DNA of 62,736 nucleotides, the filler included, from Chlamydiales bacterium (GTDB taxonomy: Bacteria; Chlamydiota; Chlamydiia; Chlamydiales; JACRBE01), in the NCBI GenBank assembly GCA_016213235.1. It is 6 parts of 6 records of this genome, joined end to end, with 100 filler letters (N's around TTAATTAATTAA, not from the genome) between each part and the next. Parts side by side here need not be neighbours in the genome. Positions count along the whole stretch, not along the records: positions 42,657 to 58,975 come from JACRBE010000042.1; positions 59,076 to 62,736 come from JACRBE010000045.1; 4 more parts are not named here. One strand, 5' to 3'. A program made the position numbers and the translations under genes. This document shows, in pieces, positions 52,221 to 61,760 of this stretch (the first letter of the stretch is position 1; each line of letters starts with the position of its first letter). The notes under the pieces are model-generated. The model was not told where the DNA came from and did no database searches. It saw only the letters and a program-made list of their open reading frames with translations.

Positions 52221-52292
52221 GAGGTATTAGCTCAGCGGTAGAGCATCTCCCTTTTAAGGAGAGGGTCGATGGTTCAAATCCATCATATCTCA
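52221..52292 (+). tRNA. tRNA-Lys(TTT)
   Basis: GAGGTAT/ATATCTC acceptor; TCTCC-CTTTTAA-GGAGA anticodon arm. Confidence 0.95.
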
Positions 52293-52294
52293 TT

Positions 52295-52333
52295 AGCCCT
52301 AACTATCAATGGTAGTTAGGGCTTTGTTTTTTA
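52295..52333 (+). terminator. Intrinsic terminator after tRNAs
   Basis: AGCCCTAACTA...TAGTTAGGGCT stem followed by T-tract. Confidence 0.85.
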
Positions 52334-52416
52334 TAACGCACCAAAAGTGGTGCATTGAAAAAAAAATCTAATCAATTGCCATCCGATCACCGATAACAAA
52401 TTATTAGGATTGGGTT

Positions 52417-52689
52417 ATGGCATCCATTTACAAAAGAAAACTAAAAGAAGGGAAAGGATATTCTTGGCGAGCAACAGTTCGTTTTGAAGGGCACCCATCC
52501 GTGAGCAAATCGTTTGATAGAAAACAAGAAGCAGAAGACTGGGCTCAAAATGTGAAAAGATGTATTAAGACCAATCAATTTAGCTTTAATCAACACAAAT
52601 ATAGGCACGCATTTTCAGATCTTATTGATAGATATATTAATGATGGTATTGCAAGGCAGCAGTGGCTAGGCAAGGAGCTTCCAATTTAG
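52417..52689 (+). pseudogene. Tyrosine integrase N-terminal fragment
   Basis: MASIYKR...WRATVR...SKSFDRKQEAEDWA arm-binding-type domain; no catalytic domain; directly after tRNA-Lys. Confidence 0.75.
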
Positions 52690-52833
52690 AACTCCAAACT
52701 GCAACGGGGCATCGGTCTTTGCAGATGATAGAAAAATACACCCATCTTCAGGCCGATCTAACACGTAAATTTAGTTCCCAAATAAGCAGGCAAGTCAATC
52801 TGAAATTGAAATCTTCCTACTAGCTGAAAATGA

Positions 52834-53151
52834 TTGACTTATTATTGGTTATTGACGGATAGTACTATAAAATGGTACTATAAAGGCAGAAAACATGACC
52901 GTACTCTCGAGGCGATTTTTAAAAACCCTGTTCAAGCAGGTGTTGAATGGAGAGATTGTGAAAAATTGCTTCTTTCCCTTGGGGCTGAAATCTCTGAAGG
53001 GGAGGGGTCAAGAGTGAGGATAGTTCTTAATGGTGTAAAGGCAGTTTTTCATAGGCCCCATCCTCAAAAAGAGATAGATAAAGGTGCTCTTAAATCGCTC
53101 AGGGGATTTTTAGAAAATGCAGGGATTAGACCCAAGGAGAAAAAATCATGA
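52834..53151 (+). CDS. hicA: HicA-family toxin (start codon uncertain)
   Basis: TLEAIFKNP, GEGSRVR, FHRPHPQKE. Confidence 0.85.
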   Translation: MTYYWLLTDSTIKWYYKGRKHDRTLEAIFKNPVQAGVEWRDCEKLLLSLGAEISEGEGSRVRIVLNGVKAVFHRPHPQKEIDKGALKSLRGFLENAGIRPKEKKS

Positions 53152-53483
53152 TGAAATACAAATCTTATATTGGTCGTGTTGAATATGACGATGAGGCCAA
53201 AATTTTTCATGGTGAGGTGATTGGACTTAGAGATGTTATTACTTTTCAAGGGACAAGTGTGGAAGAACTAGAGCAGTCTTTTAAAGACTCAGTAGATGAT
53301 TATCTAGCATTTTGCAAAGAAAGAGGGGAAAAACCGGAGAAACCTTTTTCGGGAATCTTTAATCTTCGGATTCCTCCTGATCTTCATGCTAGACTTGTTT
53401 TGCAAGCTAAGTTAATGGGAATCAGCTTAAATACGTATATTGCACACGCACTGGATCAAGTTACCCAAAATACGGGAAGTTAA
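53148..53483 (+). CDS. hicB: HicB-family antitoxin with C-terminal RHH
   Basis: YKSYIGRVEYD, DVITFQG, SVDDYL, FSGIFNLRIPPDLH. Confidence 0.92.
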   Translation: MMKYKSYIGRVEYDDEAKIFHGEVIGLRDVITFQGTSVEELEQSFKDSVDDYLAFCKERGEKPEKPFSGIFNLRIPPDLHARLVLQAKLMGISLNTYIAHALDQVTQNTGS

Positions 53484-53810
53484 GTGCCTTTGAATGAATA
53501 TTAATGGTAACGCAAGAATAACATCAAAAGAAACCTCATTAATATGAAACAAAATTTACTATCTGCAAAAAATGTTTTGCGCGTTCCCCTTGCTGAAATG
53601 GAAGTTATGAATGAATGTAAAGATAAAATCTATGCATGGCTTTATGCTGCACCTCTCTACTATTCTCTTTTACATACAGCATAGAAGCGCCTGATTACTG
53701 CATATTGTGCTGGTTATAGAGGTTCTATAAGTGGCATGATATGTAAATTTATTGTATTATTGTGCTAACTATAGCAGTCTTATAAGCAGCCCAATACGCA
53801 GAAGGCGGCA

Positions 53811-53999
53811 GTGAGTTTAAAAGAAGATTTTGCAGGAAGGCAAGAGGAGAAGATTGAGTTAGGGGAGTTATTTACGTCCAATAAGGCAGAATTTTTAGCT
53901 ATCTATGGTAGGCACAGAGTAGGAAAAACCTTTCTGATAAGGAATTTCGGTTCATCCGAGGAATGCGTACCTAACCAATTAAACGGTCTTAAAAGCTAA
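53811..53999 (+). pseudogene. AAA ATPase N-terminal fragment
   Basis: FAGRQEE...AIYGRHRVGKTFLI, then similarity ends abruptly near 53949. Confidence 0.7.
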
Positions 54000-54102
54000 A
54001 AACGCTTCTAATACACTCAAAATTAAGATCTTGTGCACTTCCAACTTGAATCGGCGATCAGAAATAATCAGACTTTGGAGAGTGAAAAATACAAGTTGGT
54101 AA

Positions 54103-54441
54103 TTAGAGCTGCTTTTTTATAGCATCTCTGATTTTAAAAAGAATCGATTCTTCAAGAACAAAACTCTGATCATAAGGAGCGTAGTTTTTTCCAAAGCGCG
54201 CATCATTAAAGATCACTCCGTTAAATTCACGTGATTCTTTATAACGTGGTACGAAATGCATATGGATCTTTCGTGAGGTATTGCTCAAAGCAGCTAGTTC
54301 ATTTTGTCGGGTTGAAAAAGAGTTTTTAGCGCTGTTTTTATTTGTTTCCCTATAATAAAAAACTCATCTCTAATTTCACCATCAATAGCTAAGAAATCTT
54401 CCACACCTTGATCATCTTTGAGCAGCACAAAAACTCTATAG
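54103..54441 (-). pseudogene. HIT-family protein, frameshifted and 5'-truncated
   Basis: FQPDKMN then frameshift to AALSNTSRKIHMHFVPRY. Confidence 0.7.
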
Positions 54442-54451
54442 CCAGTAAAAC

Positions 54452-55537
54452 TTAAAGTGATGACCACCGATACACTTTGTGGTTACATCTTATTGTTTGC
54501 GCGTCTACTTTATCCAAGTATTCTTTCGCTTTTTGGTTATCACCAAGCTTCTTATAGCAAATGGACATATATAAATAGATTCTGCCATGTGGAGGAAGAA
54601 TGGTTTGATCTATCAGTCGCTGAAAATCTGCAAGTGCACTTTTATAGTCTTTCTTATGTATTTTTCTAAGACCCATCCATAATGAAGCATAATAACTAAT
54701 GCTATCTTTCCCATTTGTAACATAGGCAGCATACAGGCGATCGAGAGCTTTATCTAACTTTTTATTTGACCAGGTTTGTGCAATTTTCTTCTCGGCTTTT
54801 AAAACACGGGTTACTTCCCTATCGCTTGGCTTATGATAAGCATCAAATAAGAAGCTGGTGCTACAGGCTTTTACTTGCGGAGATACAGATAGATTATAAG
54901 TTAATCCATCATAAATTAAAGCTTGATCTCCTAAAATGTAGAACCTGGCATTTTTATTATGTTCCTTCACAACATGATATAGTTCCTTCACAGTTGGATA
55001 ATCCCGGTTAGATCTCATATAATCCGGGACGTTGATGTATCCTCTAATATCATCAATTAAAATTACATAATGGCTCTTAAAATTAGACATGAGCTCCGCA
55101 ATCTCATCTTTTAATGGGGATTTGACATAGTCCTCCCCCATATATAAGGTCCCAGTTCCTAAGCCTGAATAATGAGCATCTAGCCAAAATAATGATTTTT
55201 CTGAGAAAAAATTTCCGTTTTGTTTTAAAAAATTTAATGAGTTGTCATGAAAGCAATGTACATTGGCGTATCGTTGCAGTCTTGCGCTAGCTTGATCATA
55301 GGCCTCTTTGAAAATTTCAACGGTATAGACAGTATTAAAATATTTTGCACCAAGTTCAGCAGACTCTCCAAGATAGGTTCCCGTTTCAACAAAATCAGAT
55401 GGATGAAATGTTTTTTTCATTTTGGTCATTAATCCACCTGCTAAATGGGTGGGTTCACCAAAGTACATATCAATATGATACGCGTGTCCAAAACACATAG
55501 ACAGAATAAATATGCAAAATAACGGAATTTTAAACAT
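54452..55537 (-). CDS. Exported class I SAM methyltransferase-like protein with C-terminal TPR-like repeat
   Basis: Signal-like N-terminus; FVETGTYLG, FWLDAH, LIDDIR; TPR-like helices. Confidence 0.6.
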   Translation of the reverse strand: MFKIPLFCIFILSMCFGHAYHIDMYFGEPTHLAGGLMTKMKKTFHPSDFVETGTYLGESAELGAKYFNTVYTVEIFKEAYDQASARLQRYANVHCFHDNSLNFLKQNGNFFSEKSLFWLDAHYSGLGTGTLYMGEDYVKSPLKDEIAELMSNFKSHYVILIDDIRGYINVPDYMRSNRDYPTVKELYHVVKEHNKNARFYILGDQALIYDGLTYNLSVSPQVKACSTSFLFDAYHKPSDREVTRVLKAEKKIAQTWSNKKLDKALDRLYAAYVTNGKDSISYYASLWMGLRKIHKKDYKSALADFQRLIDQTILPPHGRIYLYMSICYKKLGDNQKAKEYLDKVDAQTIRCNHKVYRWSSL

Positions 55538-55627
55538 AGAAAGTACCTTGATTAAAGCTAGTAAAAAAGTATGGTTGTTTTTTCTTTTTTTGCAATTAAT
55601 TCTTATATTTAAAATATTGCTATGGAA

Positions 55628-56461
55628 TTATTCGTGATAGATGGAAGAATAGGAGGCATTAAGAGATTGTTGTATTCTCTTAATTTCTTCTTTGAGATTT
55701 TCAGGACGCTTGATCCAATCATCATAAGAAAGATCACCAATATCAAATTGTACAGGTTTTCCATCAACAAAGCCATAATTGCGAAAAATGTTTGAATCTT
55801 TATCTACAAAACCCTTTTTGGATTGGATTTCTACTAACTTTACAATCGCGTCACAAATACTTTTTGGATTGCTTTTTTGCTCTGCTAATTTAACAACTAA
55901 TAGCTCTGCTTTTTTCTGAAGAATAAATGGTGTTCGGTCAAGTGGAATTGTAAAAAATTGTCCTTTTTTATCTTTGATCACAATAGAAGGATACCTATTT
56001 GTTGTAGGATTTATGTGTACAGCTAATAGGGCCGATTCTTCTTTCAGGTCCTCATAAGCCCTTTTATAATTATCAAAGCCGAGTTCTAGTCGTTTTTGAT
56101 AATGTTGTAGCCTTTCATTGTGATGGTAATCAAGTAAAGAGACAAAAGGGATATATTTTATCCATGATTTGGGAAGATAATGCTTTTTCTTGAAGAATTT
56201 AATTACATATTTTTGATCTTCACTTAAGAATGCATAGCATTGTGAGCCTTTCGCTAAGAAGGAGTACTTTTGAGTAAGCGCTTCATTGGGTAGAGAAGAA
56301 GCTTCGGTATCCCATTTGGCGCGGGGAGAAATAACGGAAATAATTTTCCATGCGAAAAAGTTCTTTTGATGATGTCTCCATGCTAAACAAGATAATAGAA
56401 GAAAAGAGAGCAAAATACTTAAAAAAAGAAATCTCTTGTTCATGTGCCAAAAACAGTGCAT
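55628..56461 (-). CDS. Membrane-anchored kinase-like hypothetical protein
   Basis: N-terminal TM; LAKGSQCYAF, YVIKFF, D...NYG, FDIG. Confidence 0.5.
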   Translation of the reverse strand: MHCFWHMNKRFLFLSILLSFLLLSCLAWRHHQKNFFAWKIISVISPRAKWDTEASSLPNEALTQKYSFLAKGSQCYAFLSEDQKYVIKFFKKKHYLPKSWIKYIPFVSLLDYHHNERLQHYQKRLELGFDNYKRAYEDLKEESALLAVHINPTTNRYPSIVIKDKKGQFFTIPLDRTPFILQKKAELLVVKLAEQKSNPKSICDAIVKLVEIQSKKGFVDKDSNIFRNYGFVDGKPVQFDIGDLSYDDWIKRPENLKEEIKRIQQSLNASYSSIYHE

Positions 56462-56665
56462 TACTTCTTCTTCATTTTAATCGAAATTAAACTTTAGTGC
56501 AAAAGCATCATCATGCACATAATAAATGTTGAGGTCTATCCGGTGGCAATTTAAAAGGTAGTTATTCGCTATGGGAAACCGTAGATAATATTCAGAAAAT
56601 AATAAGTTTTAGTTGGCATCATCTATTTTTTTCAGTACATAGACAAATAACAACTGTAGTAGGGG

Positions 56666-57868
56666 ATGATTATGCAAGGGAAGTATCACTATCGTGCAAT
56701 AGGCTGTTTTCTGACCATTTTTTTTATTTGTTATGATACCTATGTTTTTGCTCACTCAGATGCTCAAGAAGTTGTAACAGAAATTGCAGCGCTTGCAAAT
56801 GTGACAATTAACGGTAGTAAGTCTTGGGATATTCAAGTACATAATGATGGTTTTTATAACCTTGTTTTGAAAGAAGGATCGCTTGGTCTTGGCGAATCTT
56901 ATATGGCAGCATGGTGGGACTCTGCTGCATTAGATCAGTGTATTTATTATCTTTTAAGAGCAAATGTTGAAAATCGTATTAAACCTACATGGCAGATGTG
57001 TTGGGCTACTATCAAAGCAAAGTTATTTAATGCACAGGATAAATCGGGAAGTTTGAAAGTGATTGAGCAACATTACCAACTTGGTAATGATCTATTTGAA
57101 AATATGTTAGATGGAACCATGGCCTATAGCTGTGGTTATTGGAATAATGCTAAAACATTGATGGATGCACAAAAAGCAAAATTTGATCTCATTGCACGCA
57201 AACTTGGGTTTCAAAAGAATATGAAAGTTCTAGATATTGGATGTGGATGGGGGGGCTTTGCCAAATATATTGCTGAAAAATATGGTGTACAAGTTGTAGG
57301 GATTACTCTTTCAGAAAATCAGGCTGCTTATGCAAGGGAAGTTTGTCAGGGGCTTCCTGTTGAGATTAGAGTGCAAGATTATCGAGATGTAAAAGAGACA
57401 TTTGATCGGGTTGTCGAAATTGGAATGTTTGAGCATGTAGGTCCTAAAAATTATCGAGAATTCATGGAAATTGTACATCGTTGTCTGAATGAAGATGGAA
57501 TGTTGATGCTCCATACCATAGGTAGTGATATGACGAAAGCTACGGGAGATCCATGGATTGAAAAATATATTTTTCCAAGTGGGCATCTTCCATCCATTGC
57601 ACAAATTGGAACATCGATAGAAGGATTATTTATTATGGAAGATTGGCATAATTTTAGTGCAGACTATGATAAGACTCTGATGGCATGGTATCATAATTTT
57701 ACAACAAACTGGCCAAACATTAAATCGGCATATCCAGACCCTTTTTATCGTATGTGGACGTATTATCTTCTTTCATGTGCAGGAGGCTTTCGCTCAAGAA
57801 CTATCCAGCTATGGCAAGTCGTATTGGCAAAGCATGGAGTCCTTGGAGGCTATCAATCTGTACGATAA
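56666..57868 (+). CDS. cfa: Cyclopropane-fatty-acyl-phospholipid synthase
   Basis: GSLGLGESYM, HYQLGNDLF, YSCGYW, LDIGCGWGG, GMFEHVG, YLLSCAGGF. Confidence 0.93.
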   Translation: MIMQGKYHYRAIGCFLTIFFICYDTYVFAHSDAQEVVTEIAALANVTINGSKSWDIQVHNDGFYNLVLKEGSLGLGESYMAAWWDSAALDQCIYYLLRANVENRIKPTWQMCWATIKAKLFNAQDKSGSLKVIEQHYQLGNDLFENMLDGTMAYSCGYWNNAKTLMDAQKAKFDLIARKLGFQKNMKVLDIGCGWGGFAKYIAEKYGVQVVGITLSENQAAYAREVCQGLPVEIRVQDYRDVKETFDRVVEIGMFEHVGPKNYREFMEIVHRCLNEDGMLMLHTIGSDMTKATGDPWIEKYIFPSGHLPSIAQIGTSIEGLFIMEDWHNFSADYDKTLMAWYHNFTTNWPNIKSAYPDPFYRMWTYYLLSCAGGFRSRTIQLWQVVLAKHGVLGGYQSVR

Positions 57869-58070
57869 GATCCTGTATATAATTTAAAAGAGATAATTCT
57901 CAGAGCTTGACCATAGCAAAATGTCTTGCAAACAGTCAGAGTCCTTTATCGAGGAAAGAATCGATATGGGCGCGTGTTTCATAAGTGCGAGCCCTCTCTA
58001 GAAGAATAGGGGATGAAAACGATTCATCACTTTAAAAGGATATTCGGGATTAAGGATACAATCAGGGATC

Positions 58071-58973
58071 TTAAATTTTTTTGATATCAAAGATCAGTCC
58101 TGTTTGATCGCTTTTTAATATTTTCACGACTTCTTGCGCAATATGTTCAGGATTTAATAGTGTACTTGTATTTTCATTTGGAAAATGTTTTTTTCGCATC
58201 TCACTAAGGGTTCTTTGCGGAGCTAGTGCATTAATGAAAAGATGAGGGTACTCTTCCGCAAGGCCTTGTGTAAAATTAACAACTGCTGCCTTTGAAGAAG
58301 AATACACAACAAAATCTTTTCTTCCTCTTGAGTAAGAAGAAGAAGCGATGTTTAAAATATGACCTTTTTCTTTGACTTTGGCATATTTACAAGAGAAAAT
58401 CAGACTTGTTAAATTAGAGCGAATGACGCCATCAATTTCAATTGGTGTTTGCTCTGCTAGTGGTTTTACTACTAATTGCCCCATGCTGTTAATCACACCA
58501 TCTAATAGGCCGTACTCTGCATAGACGCGTTCAAAAATGGTTTTTGCAGCATCTGGATGTGATAAATCTGCAGAAAAAGAGGTGCTGCTACGAGAGATAT
58601 TGATTACCTGAGCTCCCTCTTTTTCTAATTCTTTTTGAATACAGCAGCCGATGCTGCCAGTTCCTCCCGTGATAGCAAATATTTTACCATGCAAAGAAAA
58701 GTGCTGCGAATAATGGTTTCTTTTTTTCAATCGCAGTAATTGCTCTGCAATAAATAAGTCTATTTCTGTTGTGATTTTGATATTCTCTTCTGAACCATAG
58801 CTAATATACACAGGGTGTTTTAAGCGATGAATGAGAGAGCAATCATCGGTTCCTACAAAACCATCTAAAATGGCTTTTTCATGAGCTGATTTAATTAAAG
58901 GTAGTGAAAAACTTTGCGGAGTTTGCCCTCTGAAATATTCTGATCGATCAGGAATATCTTTTATTTGAAAGCC
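58071..58973 (-). CDS. Bifunctional IspD/TarI-type cytidylyltransferase-SDR reductase, 5'-truncated
   Basis: Frame open to the linker: GQTPQSF, TDDCSL, NIKITT, fused to TGGTGSIG and YSSSK SDR motifs. Confidence 0.85.
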   Translation of the reverse strand, partial: GFQIKDIPDRSEYFRGQTPQSFSLPLIKSAHEKAILDGFVGTDDCSLIHRLKHPVYISYGSEENIKITTEIDLFIAEQLLRLKKRNHYSQHFSLHGKIFAITGGTGSIGCCIQKELEKEGAQVINISRSSTSFSADLSHPDAAKTIFERVYAEYGLLDGVINSMGQLVVKPLAEQTPIEIDGVIRSNLTSLIFSCKYAKVKEKGHILNIASSSYSRGRKDFVVYSSSKAAVVNFTQGLAEEYPHLFINALAPQRTLSEMRKKHFPNENTSTLLNPEHIAQEVVKILKSDQTGLIFDIKKI

Positions 58974-58975
58974 AT

Positions 58976-59075
58976 NNNNNNNNNNNNNNNNNNNNNNNNN
59001 NNNNNNNNNNNNNNNNNNNTTAATTAATTAANNNNNNNNNNNNNNNNNNNNNNNNNNNNNNNNNNNNNNNNNNNN
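58976..59075. other. Artificial contig linker
   Basis: N-run with TTAATTAATTAA. Confidence 0.99.
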
Positions 59076-59573
59076 AATAGAAAGATTTCCTTGCATCTAA
59101 CGATAATAAGGCTTAGTGCGGTTTTTTGCACTAAGAGAAATATATAACTAGTTGTAAATCAATGTGTTTTTTTGTGACGATTGAGTGTTATTCAGATTTT
59201 GGCAGAAGTCAGGAGACGCGACATGTTGTCAAAACCAAGGGCGTTTTTAACTCTTGGGAGAAGTCTGTCAGCAACTTGGTTACTGGGCAGTCGGCAACCG
59301 GTATAAAGAGGGCGTGAGATTGATCTGGGCTTTTATGTGGAACTGCGGAAACCATGATCTGCAGAGTAAAATCCATCGCTGGACAGGTGTTGGTATTCCT
59401 GTAGTTCCTTTTCATATTATAGCGCCACATCTACAGCAATTAACAACCCTCTTGCGAGGGCTTCCATACGCTTGGCCAAAACCACAGCATAACTTGGATC
59501 ATGATAAACTGCCTTCCTATTCATAGAAATAAGCGCGCCCAACCATATATTTATGTGAGTTTTAGGCAAAAAA

Positions 59574-60767
59574 TCATCCCAGGTTTTTGAAATTTTTCGG
59601 TATAATAGCCTCTTGAAACTCTTTTGGTATTTTATGGCCCGGTAAATGATCTTTTAGTCTCGATTTCATCTCTACCGGGGTGAGTGGTGGAAATGGCAAG
59701 AGGTGAGCAATTGCCCTCATGCCAAATTCTTCACAGGGAATAGGCTCTATTTTACAATAGGTAAGATTAAACAGCCTTGTCATGATTGATTCGATCTCTT
59801 CCGGTTGGATATTTTCTCCTCCGCTGATAAATTGACGATCTTTTCTCCCGATAATACTTAAGCCCTTTTCCACGGAATAGGTGCCAATATCATTCGTATG
59901 AAAATATCCATCGACATCAGTAGGTGCGCGAAGTGTATTGTTTTCATTTAAGTAGCCTTGAAACAAGCACTCTCCTTTTACGAGTATTTCTCCATCATTT
60001 GCTATATGAAGCTCTCTAAATGCAAGCAAAGAGCCAACACGATAATATCCACAGGTGATTTGCGAGCACATTTCTGTCATCCCATAAGTGAGGTGGATGG
60101 GAAGTGAAGCAGCTTTTGAATGGTTGATTAATGCTTCTTGGCAGGCAGCTCCCCCAATGAGCAGACCTTTTATATGAGTGGGTAGGAAAATAGATGCTTG
60201 TAGAAAACGGTACAGTTGTGTTGGTACTAGAGAGGTAAAAGAGGTTTTGGGATGAAAAAAAGACTCTTTCAGATTGACCAAAGCAATGGATCCATTTACA
60301 TAAAGCATGCGAAAAAGGAGCATTAATCCTCCAATATGGAAAAGAGGAATGGATAGTTGCCAGGTGTCTTGAGACGTTAGTGCAAAGTATTGTATGGATC
60401 CAAGTGCAGAATAGTAGATATTATCAAACGATAAAACAACGATCTTTGGCTTGTTTGTCGTTCCTGTTGTAAGTAGATAAAGAGAGTAGAGGGTAGGATC
60501 TTGAGATGCGCTAGCATAAAGAATGTTGTTTGCATGTTGATCAAATAATACACCTTTTACATTAAGAACAAGATTGTCAACTTGCGCTTTTGGCAGCTCA
60601 GGATTAACAGGAAAAAATGATTTTTTATGTTCAAAGAGAAATAAAATAAGAGATAAGCTCTTGATGCTGTTATCTGCAAGGAAGACGATAGGTCCATCAT
60701 AGGCAAGAAGTGGATAAAAGGAATAATCTTCTGTAGAGCAGGAGCTCTCTTTGGTATACACTAACAT
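59574..60767 (-). CDS. menE: O-succinylbenzoate-CoA ligase
   Basis: TTGTTNKPK, PLFHIGG, SLVPTQLYR, TYGMTEMCSQ, FISGGENIQPEEIE; follows menC. Confidence 0.88.
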   Translation of the reverse strand: MLVYTKESSCSTEDYSFYPLLAYDGPIVFLADNSIKSLSLILFLFEHKKSFFPVNPELPKAQVDNLVLNVKGVLFDQHANNILYASASQDPTLYSLYLLTTGTTNKPKIVVLSFDNIYYSALGSIQYFALTSQDTWQLSIPLFHIGGLMLLFRMLYVNGSIALVNLKESFFHPKTSFTSLVPTQLYRFLQASIFLPTHIKGLLIGGAACQEALINHSKAASLPIHLTYGMTEMCSQITCGYYRVGSLLAFRELHIANDGEILVKGECLFQGYLNENNTLRAPTDVDGYFHTNDIGTYSVEKGLSIIGRKDRQFISGGENIQPEEIESIMTRLFNLTYCKIEPIPCEEFGMRAIAHLLPFPPLTPVEMKSRLKDHLPGHKIPKEFQEAIIPKNFKNLG

Positions 60768-61711
60768 ACAAGTAATGTTGTTAATCTGTTCTTGTCTAGT
60801 TTGATTGGATCGATATTAATCATTCCATCTTTTATTTCATAAGAAGAAACGCAAATAGGTTGATGAAATGCTTTCAGTGTGTCAATGCCAAGGGGAGTTG
60901 TAATGTTAAATGCATGAGCTAGATGGCAAATGCTTTTAATGCCTACAAGAGTCTCAAAAGAAGAACTTAGGATCACTTTATGTTGATAGCCTGTGATAAT
61001 AGGTAGCATGTCCCGTTGTATAGTGGGCTTGATAATCAGGTAGTCGATTTTTTGCAAAGGCAGATCGGAACATTGTCGTAAGCTCTCATCACATGCAAAA
61101 CGGTGTTTTTTTTTATTTATAAAAGACAAAAAAGCCCGCTTATTACAAAGAGGCTCCTCTATATACCTGATTTGATCAGGGCCTATAGAAGATAAAAAAA
61201 GATCAAGTTCCTTTTTTTTCCATTTCCGGTTGACATCGATATGAAAGGCGATTTGATCCGTATAGGATAAAATGTTTTTAACATATGTTATCGTTTCATC
61301 AATAGAGAAAGATCCTACCTTAATTTTTGCAAAGCGAATGTTGCTTGCAAGCAATAGATCGATTTCTTCTTTATAATTTGTTTGATAAAGGAGTCCGGAT
61401 GTGATCCCCTCTGCGCTGGTATTTGGGAATAACAGGCTGTAAAGACCAAACAAGACGCTGGGATAGAGAGCCTTTTTTAGCAGGTGGTGGATAAAGGAGA
61501 GCTCTTTGTTGATGAGCTGTGGTAATAGCTGATTTAGTTGAATAAAGGCCTTTTTTAAAGACTCTTTGCTAAATCCGGGTAGGGGTGCAATCTCTCCGTA
61601 GCGGCTTTCTCCGTTTGTTAAAATAATTTCTACAATAAAGCCAAGTCTATTGTTAATAAAATACTTTAAATTGCAATCGTATTTATATAAAAATATTTGC
61701 TTTATATTCAT
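60761..61711 (-). CDS. menC: O-succinylbenzoate synthase
   Basis: GEIAPLPGFS, KIKVG, DVNRKW, YIEEP, DESL, SSSFET, GIDT. Confidence 0.88.
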   Translation of the reverse strand: MNIKQIFLYKYDCNLKYFINNRLGFIVEIILTNGESRYGEIAPLPGFSKESLKKAFIQLNQLLPQLINKELSFIHHLLKKALYPSVLFGLYSLLFPNTSAEGITSGLLYQTNYKEEIDLLLASNIRFAKIKVGSFSIDETITYVKNILSYTDQIAFHIDVNRKWKKKELDLFLSSIGPDQIRYIEEPLCNKRAFLSFINKKKHRFACDESLRQCSDLPLQKIDYLIIKPTIQRDMLPIITGYQHKVILSSSFETLVGIKSICHLAHAFNITTPLGIDTLKAFHQPICVSSYEIKDGMINIDPIKLDKNRLTTLLVC

Positions 61712-61760
61712 TTTATTAAAAATTTGTTACAATCTTTGTTAAAAATTGCGATGTAAAATC

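Noticed and set aside
53949..54100. Possible IS end (GGTTCATCCGAGG...) at the ATPase truncation point
   Set aside because: No partner inverted repeat or transposase was found in the window, so it cannot be supported.
7436..59075. Five TTAATTAATTAA motifs embedded in N-runs
   Set aside because: These are artificial six-frame-stop linkers, not biological repeats. ORF ends running into them are artefacts.
59574..61711. Classical menC/menE instead of the futalosine pathway
   Set aside because: Already known for environmental chlamydiae.
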